Assembly (NCBI GenBank): GCA_026397175.1
Contig: JAPLVK010000021.1
Location: 56,989-120,988 of the forward strand
DNA length: 64,000 nucleotides
Direction of reading: 5' to 3'
Source of the DNA: Candidatus Berkelbacteria bacterium
GTDB taxonomy: Bacteria; Patescibacteriota; UBA1384; DTJR01
Shown: positions 57,754 through 64,000 of the stretch, piece after piece
Position numbering within the stretch: the first letter of the stretch is position 1
Layout: the number at the start of each line of letters is the position of its first letter
The notes under the pieces: generated by a model
The model's database searches: none
What the model was told of the DNA's origin: nothing
The model's input: only the letters and a program-made list of their open reading frames with translations
Program-made: the position numbers and the translations under genes

Positions 57754-58455
57754 ATGACCGAAAAATACAGACAATTTGCAGCAGGACAAAATGCAGTGAA
57801 TAATTTGCTCTCGGGCAAATATTCGCTGACTCGGGCCATGAAACCACCGGCCAAGAAAATTCTTGGCTGCATAGACGACGGAATCGAAGAAGCGCAAAGC
57901 AGGGCGGCGGGATCGTACATTCTTCTCGGGGAAGACGAAGCGATGAAGTTGGTTTGGCAAAACGGCTTTGAGTACATCGGATTTCACGATGACTGCGGAG
58001 CTGTCAAGAAATACCTTGAAGATAAGGGTGTTTTCGAACCATCGTCCGAGCAAGTAAACCAAGAGTCCAAACGGTGGGCGAAGCGTTTGGCTCAACTCAC
58101 GAAATGCAAAGCCAAAAAGATGGAATTGACTCGCGGTCATCATCACGAGGCGCGCATTGCATACTACGATGGCACTGGCAAGATGACCAGCACGATGGGG
58201 CTGCCCAAGGGATTTATTATTTCAAGGGGAGTTTTGCGCCGCGACTACGCATGTTCCGAGATGGTAACGGCAACCGATATCGCCTTCAACCATGGCTTCA
58301 ACGAACTATATTCTCCAGAACGCTCGTTTATTTGGGCGGCTCTCGGCAAAGATCAAAACCACGCCGCAGAGCTTGAAGGGGAACTCAAACCCATACTTTC
58401 TCGTCTCACGCATTTTGAGTTGGGAGCGATCAAGGTCATCGCGATTTCTCTCTAG
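57754..58455 (+). CDS. Hypothetical protein with beta-carbonic-anhydrase-like Cys…HxxCG arrangement (very tentative)
   Basis: LGCIDDGIEE … FHDDCGAVKK resembles beta-CA CxDxR / HxxCG metal-binding motifs but lacks the Arg. Intermediate GC. Confidence 0.3.
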   Translation: MTEKYRQFAAGQNAVNNLLSGKYSLTRAMKPPAKKILGCIDDGIEEAQSRAAGSYILLGEDEAMKLVWQNGFEYIGFHDDCGAVKKYLEDKGVFEPSSEQVNQESKRWAKRLAQLTKCKAKKMELTRGHHHEARIAYYDGTGKMTSTMGLPKGFIISRGVLRRDYACSEMVTATDIAFNHGFNELYSPERSFIWAALGKDQNHAAELEGELKPILSRLTHFELGAIKVIAISL

Positions 58456-58507
58456 CGTCTCTGCCACCAAATCCAACCTACGAGGTCGGATTTAGAGGTG
58501 AGATTCT

Positions 58508-58627
58508 TCACAGGCGATCGGAGTCCTTATTTTTTTAAGGATCTCGATCGCCTGTTTTGTTATACAAATTTTCCGATCGGAAAATTTGTATAACAAAACA
58601 GGCGATCGAGATCCTTAAAAAAATAAG
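58508..58627. repeat. 120-bp perfect palindrome (60-bp arms, no spacer) centred on CCGATCGG
   Basis: ATCGGAGTCCTTATTTTTTTAAGGATCTCGATCGCCTGTTTTGTTATACAAATTTTCCGA|TCGGAAAATTTGTATAACAAAACAGGCGATCGAGATCCTTAAAAAAATAAGGACTCCGAT. It contains multiple CGATCG sites and TGTTATACAAA (DnaA-box-like, 7/9 match to TTATCCACA). Confidence 0.85.
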
Positions 58628-58639
58628 GACTCCGATTGG

Positions 58640-58900
58640 CAAAACTGCTGACAGCTAAGAGATGTTAGTGGTAGATATATAAATTTTCTGTACGGAAAAA
58701 TCGTATATTTTAACAGTTTTATTTTTTAATTTATATTTTTATTTATGATCACATTTATACAAAAAGAAACGATCGTTCCGTTTTGTATAACAGAATTTAT
58801 ATTTTTTGTTTTTAAAATTTTTAAATTGCAAAAATTTGCATTGGGGGTTTAAATTTGATTCAATAAAATACTCACCTGATATGGTGAGAAGTCGCAACTT
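58640..58900. other. Extremely AT-rich tract (about 20% GC) with degenerate copies of palindrome sub-motifs
   Basis: TTTTCTGTACGGAAAAATC (58672-58690) is a degenerate copy of TTTTCCGATCGGAAAA. TATACAAAAAGAAACGATCGTTCCGTTTTGTATAAC (58760-58795). A TTGCAA-17-TTAAAT promoter for the downstream operon at about 58827-58857. Confidence 0.5.
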
Positions 58901-58924
58901 GACATCGAAATGGAGGCAAGAGAA

Positions 58925-59707
58925 ATGAACGGTAATTTTTTGGGTCGTTTGTCATTGAAGGATATCGTCGCGATGACCGAGGTGGTATCTCCAGAGATCA
59001 TTGCCGAGGAGATTGTCCAAGGTGGTCTGGTTCATATCCGCAATGTGGCTGATGGCGAGGAGGCGTATCACTACTCGAGCGGTAACTGGGGACCGATGTA
59101 TGTAACTGTCAAAGGGGGGTGCAGCAACCAGAACTTGTTCAAATTTATGGCACGCCAGCTTTCTCTGCGTGTCAGCGACATCACCGACTTCGATTTCGTT
59201 GCTGGGCTTGTAACTGGTGGCGTTCCGCCCTCGATCTACCTGCGGGACTGGGTGCAGGAAATGCAAGACAGGGAAATTCCCTGGGTTTACATTCGGGACA
59301 CACGCAAGCTTGGCGGCACCAAGGAGCATGTGACCGGACTCTATATGCCGAACGGCCAGCGTAGTTTGTTCATACCCGAGGGCGCAGTTGGGTTAGTGGT
59401 GGAAGAACTGGTGAACTATGCCAACTCGACTACCAATGGGGCTATTTTGCTCCGGAGTGAAGAGTGTAAGTGTGGCTGTCGCCGGGGTGTAACCATCTTG
59501 GATTATGACAACCCTGTAGCGCACAAATATCGTGCCAAGTACAATGTCGAACTGACTAGCGTGGTCAAGATGACCGAAGTGCTGGATGCTATCCAGCGGA
59601 TTGGTCTCTACTCTGACGATTTGGTCGAGGATGCCCGCTGGTCACAACGCGACCCGCAGGAATGGATGGGTTTCTACGGTCTCGAGAAGACGGAACTCAA
59701 GAAGTAA
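58925..59707 (+). CDS. Type-I phosphoribosyltransferase-like protein with degenerate PRPP loop, GC-rich
   Basis: YHYSSGNWGPMYVTVKG (compare OPRT FxLSSGxxSPxYxD), VAGLVTGGVPPS, and a PRPP-loop position reading LVVEELVNYANS instead of VxDVxTTGGS. GGAGG RBS. The likely start is 58925; the ORF-track start is 58910. Confidence 0.5.
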   Translation: MNGNFLGRLSLKDIVAMTEVVSPEIIAEEIVQGGLVHIRNVADGEEAYHYSSGNWGPMYVTVKGGCSNQNLFKFMARQLSLRVSDITDFDFVAGLVTGGVPPSIYLRDWVQEMQDREIPWVYIRDTRKLGGTKEHVTGLYMPNGQRSLFIPEGAVGLVVEELVNYANSTTNGAILLRSEECKCGCRRGVTILDYDNPVAHKYRAKYNVELTSVVKMTEVLDAIQRIGLYSDDLVEDARWSQRDPQEWMGFYGLEKTELKK

Positions 59708-59756
59708 CCATAGGTGCGTGATTAAGCGCCTGAATGATTAATAGGGATGTGTAAAC

Positions 59757-60503
59757 ATGGATCGTGACGCGATGGTTAAAACTCTGCCACTACTTTTCGT
59801 AGCACTCGACGACTCGTCGCTACCGAAGGTGATGGAGCGTGCCAGTACCGTTACACAGGTGACTGGCAATTACGGCTTCAAGGTCAACCTCGATGCTATG
59901 CTGGGTGTCGGTGTCGAGAACGCGCTCAATGCTGTTGCCCAGTTCGGGAAGCCGATCTTCGCCGACTTCAAGATGTACAATGGTGCTCGGACGATGTCCG
60001 AGATGGTGCAGGCGGCCGCTCGCAGTGGTGCTGTGCTCACCAATGTGTTTGCCGGTAATGCTCCCAACCTTCTCCGGAAAGTGGCCATAGCGGCCTCTGG
60101 TGATGAGGAGCATAAGGTGCCACCGATCTTGGTCTATGGCATCGGCCCCTTGACACACCTAACTGACGAGGACTGCCAGTGTATCTACGGCTGCAATTTT
60201 GAAGCAGCCACAGTACGCCTGGGCGAAATCACGGTGAAGGCAGGTTTGGATGGTTACATTGGCCCGGGCAGAATGAACCGTGCCTTGAACATCTTACAGC
60301 TCCCGCTTCTCAACCCGGCAGTCAGGCCTGACTGGTACGAGGACCCGAAGGCCAATGACCAGGAGCAGACGGTAACGCCAACCCAAGCGATTGTCGTTGC
60401 CGAGAAAAAGGTTGTACTCGTCTGCGGCAGCCCAATCTTCAAGAGCCCAGACCCGGAAGCGGCGCTCAAGAGGATTCTCGACGAGATCGCCAGAGCCGCC
60501 TAA
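59757..60503 (+). CDS. OMP-decarboxylase-superfamily (ribulose-phosphate-binding barrel) protein with non-canonical catalytic motif, GC-rich
   Basis: LLFVALDD…GFKVNLDAML…IFADFKMYNGART (DxK kept, downstream Asp replaced) …LVYGIGP…VVLVCGSPIFKSPDP, resembling the PyrF/KGPDC/HPS family. Confidence 0.5.
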   Translation: MDRDAMVKTLPLLFVALDDSSLPKVMERASTVTQVTGNYGFKVNLDAMLGVGVENALNAVAQFGKPIFADFKMYNGARTMSEMVQAAARSGAVLTNVFAGNAPNLLRKVAIAASGDEEHKVPPILVYGIGPLTHLTDEDCQCIYGCNFEAATVRLGEITVKAGLDGYIGPGRMNRALNILQLPLLNPAVRPDWYEDPKANDQEQTVTPTQAIVVAEKKVVLVCGSPIFKSPDPEAALKRILDEIARAA

Positions 60504-60537
60504 TCGGCCAAACCGCCTGACACAAGGAGGAATCAAT

Positions 60538-60717
60538 ATGTGTCTGGCTAATCCGTCAGGTCTTACCTCGCGCGACACAGCGAGTAGTATCTCCGACATT
60601 GCGAAGACCTGCTGCGTCTGTGGCTACGAACTCGACCCGGGTGACTATGATCCCGAGAAGAGCCCATTTGCCCAGAAGCACAAAACCAGGGTTTTATGCT
60701 CCACTTCGAGCAAGTAG
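60538..60717 (+). CDS. Small Cys-containing protein (59 aa) ending the GC-rich operon
   Basis: MCLANPSGLTSRDTASSISDIAKTCCVCGYELDPGDYDPEKSPFAQKHKTRVLCSTSSK. The ATG lies 8 nt after AGGAGG. Confidence 0.4.
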   Translation: MCLANPSGLTSRDTASSISDIAKTCCVCGYELDPGDYDPEKSPFAQKHKTRVLCSTSSK

Positions 60718-60730
60718 CTTACCATTCAGG

Positions 60731-60770
60731 GCCAGCACCCGCATCTTATCGGGGTTGCTGGCTCTTTTTT
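60731..60770 (+). terminator. Rho-independent terminator of the GC-rich operon
   Basis: GCCAGCACCCG-CATCTTAT-CGGGGTTGCTGGC followed by TCTTTTTTT. Confidence 0.75.
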
Positions 60771-60777
60771 TACCCCT

Positions 60778-60858
60778 CACTTTATAAACTTTTAACTTTA
60801 CGAACTTTATGAACTATCTTTTTGTTGACATCCTTTCAAAAATTTAGTATTCTCATTC
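60778..60858 (+). promoter_or_regulatory. rRNA promoter: UP-like ACTTTATAAACTTTTAACTTTACGAACTTTATGAACT motif plus TTGACA-17-TATTCT
   Basis: The motif is at 60778-60815. TTGACA is at about 60825, with a -10 element 17 nt later. The 16S gene begins about 300 nt downstream. Confidence 0.55.
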
Positions 60859-61312
60859 TTGGAGGCAATTTGGCTTACAATTTTTGACATTAGATAGAAC
60901 ATAAAGCAGAGCAAGCCCAGCTTTCTGCTGGGCTATTATAGTCAAAAAAAACCAAAAGCCCTGAAATTTGACAAATGGATTTCCTGTTAACCCATTAGAC
61001 CTGGGAGCATTTAAATATGCATTAACGGGAAAAATCATCGGTTTGACAAAACCAGATGAGGAAGTGTTGAGGACACTTTACAGAAAAAATCCTCGTCAAT
61101 TCAAATTGAATTAAAGAGCCAGAATTGCTTTCAAGGCAATTCACTCAAATTCTTTACTAAGAGTTTGATCCTGGCTCAGGATGAACGCTAGCGGTGTACC
61201 TAAAACATGCAAGTCGTACGCTTGTAAAAGCGTGGCGAACGGGTGAGTAACGCGTGGGAATCTGCCTCAATCCGGGAAATACCTTGCCGAAAGGTGAGTT
61301 AATGTCCCATGA

Positions 61313-61739
61313 GATGGTAGCTAGTCATTGGTAGTTAGTTACTGGTAAAATGAGTTCATGATTTATAATGGACTCGATGTCTATAAACGAGCATACAAGT
61401 TGGCAATAGAAATACATAAGTTCTCCTTAGAACTTCCAAGATATTTACATAATGATATCGGAAGTCAAATAAGAAGATCCTCAAGATCGATTCCTTCTCA
61501 AATAGCAGAAGGTTTCTCTAGAAATAAATCAGATAAAGACAAGAAAAATTTCTTAAGAGATGCTCTTGGCTCAAACGAAGAAATGCTCTTCAATCTCAAG
61601 TTTATGAGAGATACGGATCTTATAAATTTAGAGAAGTATGAGTATTTCTTTAGCGAGTATGTTATCTGCGGAAAGCAGCTAATGAACTTGATGAAAAGTA
61701 TAGATACCAGAAACTAGCGACTAGCGACTAGTTACCATC
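61313..61739 (+). other. Intervening sequence (IVS) in 16S rRNA: 14-bp extended stem (GATGGTAGCTAGTC / GACTAGTTACCATC) closing a roughly 400-nt loop that encodes a protein
   Basis: The stem halves lie at 61313-61326 and 61726-61739. Flanking rRNA sequence is continuous with the conserved 16S 5' domain. Confidence 0.65.
61358..61717 (+). CDS. Four-helix-bundle protein of the rRNA-IVS family, encoded inside the 16S IVS
   Basis: YKRAYKLAIEIHKFSLELPRYLHNDIGSQIRRSSRSIPSQIAEGFSR is the family signature (…GLxSQIRRAAVSIPxNIAEG…). Same family as the Avd-like ORF at 44354-44749. Confidence 0.7.
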   Translation: MIYNGLDVYKRAYKLAIEIHKFSLELPRYLHNDIGSQIRRSSRSIPSQIAEGFSRNKSDKDKKNFLRDALGSNEEMLFNLKFMRDTDLINLEKYEYFFSEYVICGKQLMNLMKSIDTRN

Positions 61740-62279
61740 AAAGCTCCGGCGGATTGAGAGGAGCCTGCGTCCTATCAGCTTGTTGGTGGGGTAAAAGCCT
61801 ACCAAGGCAACGACGGGTAGCTGGTCTGAGAGGATGGTCAGCCACAATGGGACTGAGACACGGCCCATACACCTACGGGTGGCAGCAGTTAGGAATCGTA
61901 CACAATGGGGGAAACCCTGATGTCGTGACACCGCGTGAAGGATGAAGGTTTTCGGATCGTAAACTTCTTTTCTATGGGAGGATTATGACTTAACCATAGG
62001 AATAAGCATCGGCTAACTACGTGCCAGAAGCCTCGGTAATACGTAGGATGCGAGCGTTATCCGGTCTTATTGGGCGTAAAGAGCGCGTAGGCGGCCCGGC
62101 AAGTCCAATCTTAAATCCCATGGCTCAACCATGGAGCTGGATTGGATACTACCTGGCTTGAACACTTGCAGGGGTATGCGGAATCTACGGTGTAGGAGTA
62201 AAATCCATTGATATCGTAGAGAACACCAATGGCGAAGGCAGCTTGCTAGGCATTCACTGACGCTGAGGCGCGAAAGCGT

Positions 62280-62313
<34 letters not shown>

Positions 62314-62816
62314 ACGCCGTAAACGATGCGGACTAGGTATTGGGATCATCGACCGTCCTTGTACCAAAGCAAACGCGTTAAGTCCGCCGCCTGGGGAGTA
62401 CGAGCGCAAGCTTAAAACTCAAAGGAATTGGCGGGGGCTCGCACAAGCGGTGGAACATGTGGTTTAATTCGACAGTAAGCGGAGCACCTCACCAAGGTTT
62501 GACATCTATGGAATCCTGATGAAAGTCGGGAGTGCCCGCAAGGGAGCCGTAAGACAGGTGCTGCACGGTCGTCGTCAGCTCGCGGCATGAGCTGTTCCGT
62601 TAACTCGGGACACGAGCGCAACCCCGATCGTCTGTTAAATTTCCACACGTGTTACAATGGCCGGTACAGAGGGTTGCAATATCGCGAGATGGAGCTAATC
62701 CCTAAAGCCGGTCCCAGTTCGGATTGGAGTCTGAAACTCGACTACATGCAGTCGGAATTGCTAGTAACCGTAGATCAGAACGATCCGGTGAATACGTCCT
62801 CGAGCCTTGCACACAA

Positions 62817-63647
62817 ATGTAAAGACGCATGGCAGTTTGATTAACTAAGTCGTGGAAATCGACTCCTCCGATACGCCATCGGAGCGTAGCTTAAAGCAGG
62901 TCCAACCTCGTGAGAGATGGACTAGAGGGCTAAATGGCAATTTGCAGCGGGCAGGCGAAAACCTGTACTGACTTATGTTAGGCGGTTGTGGCCTAGGGAA
63001 AGTACAATAAAAAGGTTGCTCGATGTAGAAAATAGCTAATCAAATGATCCATGGAGATCTTGCCTATGATAACGCAAACAAGGGCAAGAAGTCAGCCTGT
63101 TCATAGTAGACGCTGTGGTATAATGTATTTACCATGACGCAGCGTCAAAGGGACAGACCTAAGATTCTGTCACCAGAATATCTAGTCGGCTTAACTGATG
63201 GCGAAGGTTGCTTTTATGTTAACATTCGCCCGCCGCGATCAAAAAATGGCTTGCCTCAAGTAGAATTTCATTTCTACATTAAGTTAAGAGGCGACCACTT
63301 GGATCTTCTAAAAAAAGTCCAAAAATCTTTTGGTTGCGGAGCAGTGTATCGCCAAGCCGAGAAGCGAGCAAATCATAGCGAATGCTATCGGTTTGAAATA
63401 AACTCGCGAAAAGATATAAATCGTGTACTAGTACCGTTTTTCTTGCACTATCCCTTGCAGGGTCCGAAATCAAATGATTTTGCGACCTTCTGTAAAATTT
63501 TCAACCTTGTTTTGCAAGGTGAGAATAGTACAGAAAAGGGACTAGTTAAAATTAAACGGTTGAAAGAAAAAATGAATCTTGGGGCCCGCCGAGTGTGGAA
63601 AATCCGCTTGCTCGGTGGCAACGTGAAGTAGCGTTAACTATCACAAT
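62817..63647 (+). mobile_element. Insertion of 831 nt (probable intron) in 16S between …CCTTGCACACA and CCGCCCGTCA… (E. coli position about 1400), carrying a LAGLIDADG homing endonuclease
   Basis: Conserved 16S sequence breaks at 62816 and resumes at 63648. Insertions at this site with homing endonuclease ORFs are known in CPR 16S genes. Confidence 0.65.
63134..63631 (+). CDS. LAGLIDADG-family homing endonuclease (single-motif, 165 aa)
   Basis: YLVGLTDGEGCFYVNI is the LAGLIDADG motif. The size resembles I-CreI-type homodimeric enzymes. Confidence 0.75.
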   Translation: MTQRQRDRPKILSPEYLVGLTDGEGCFYVNIRPPRSKNGLPQVEFHFYIKLRGDHLDLLKKVQKSFGCGAVYRQAEKRANHSECYRFEINSRKDINRVLVPFFLHYPLQGPKSNDFATFCKIFNLVLQGENSTEKGLVKIKRLKEKMNLGARRVWKIRLLGGNVK

Positions 63648-64000
63648 CCGCCCGTCAAGGCAGGAAAGCCGGCAATGCCCGAATCACGATTTTTTCGTGA
63701 CACGGCAGGGTCGGTAATCAGGCCTAAGTCGTAACAAGGTATCCGTAGGGGAATCTGCGGATGGATCACCTCCTTTCTAGGGAGATAAACCCTGCGCCTC
63801 TTGGCGCAGCGGAAGATTATGGTTGATTTCCGGATTTATCCGGAATATCTCATCTGGTTTTGTCAGATCGAAAAATTTCGATTAGTACTATTTGGTTGGA
63901 AATCATAAATTCAAAACAGTTTAAAATTTGAGATTTAAAATTTATTTGATTTTTGGTGCTTTGGATTTGGTGCTTAAATTACTGCGTATCTAGTAGCTAA

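Noticed and set aside
57754-58455. Confident beta-carbonic anhydrase call for ORF 57754-58455
   Set aside because: Only a partial Cys/His/Cys pattern is present and the conserved Asp-x-Arg is missing, so it is kept as a hypothetical protein with a tentative note.
63778-64000. Expected tRNA genes in the 16S-23S spacer
   Set aside because: No cloverleaf-compatible sequence (no GTTCGAATC-like T-loop) is visible. The spacer appears tRNA-free, as in many CPR.

Overview
This window is an AT-rich, gene-dense bacterial chromosomal segment with Candidate Phyla Radiation-like traits, including a short 16S rRNA gene with two insertions. The backbone is housekeeping: the ATP synthase operon (minus strand), rsmI, tatD, typA, iscS and iscU, folD, ctpA, ligA, gatC/gatA/gatB, htrA, prmC and prfA, rpmE, rpsB, tsf, pyrH, frr, rseP, tpiA, pgk, fba, tig, clpP, and a 16S rRNA gene at the 3' end. 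Over this backbone sit several accessory features: (1) a complete diversity-generating retroelement (DGR) at about 43.2-45.8 kb, with a GC-rich target gene whose 3' variable repeat (VR) differs from a downstream template repeat (TR) only at TR adenines (about 20 sites) plus one indel, followed by a divergently oriented Avd-like four-helix-bundle gene and a 340-aa reverse transcriptase carrying YADD; (2) four GC-rich (about 55-60% GC) islands in the otherwise roughly 35% GC sequence, each with its own promoter and terminator: 10.3-11.1 kb, 22.4-22.9 kb, the DGR target, and a three-gene operon at 58.9-60.7 kb encoding a degenerate PRTase-like protein, an OMP-decarboxylase-superfamily protein and a small Cys protein; (3) a tandem cluster at 3.6-9.3 kb plus a remote copy at 38.3-40.8 kb of membrane-anchored or secreted proteins sharing an unrecognised C-terminal domain (motifs GYYVxNPG, GWNLL, FW(F/L)Y); (4) two tandem Cys-rich roughly 590-aa paralogs behind a ribbon-helix-helix gene; (5) a 120-bp perfect palindrome with an adjacent very AT-rich tract; (6) 16S rRNA insertions encoding a four-helix-bundle 'IVS' protein and a LAGLIDADG endonuclease; (7) a Cas2-fold fusion protein flanked by palindrome-containing direct repeats, a HEPN-like ORF inside the gatCAB operon, and a repeated UP-like motif upstream of three strong promoters. 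TGA is used as a stop codon, so the genetic code appears standard. No tRNA genes or CRISPR arrays were seen.
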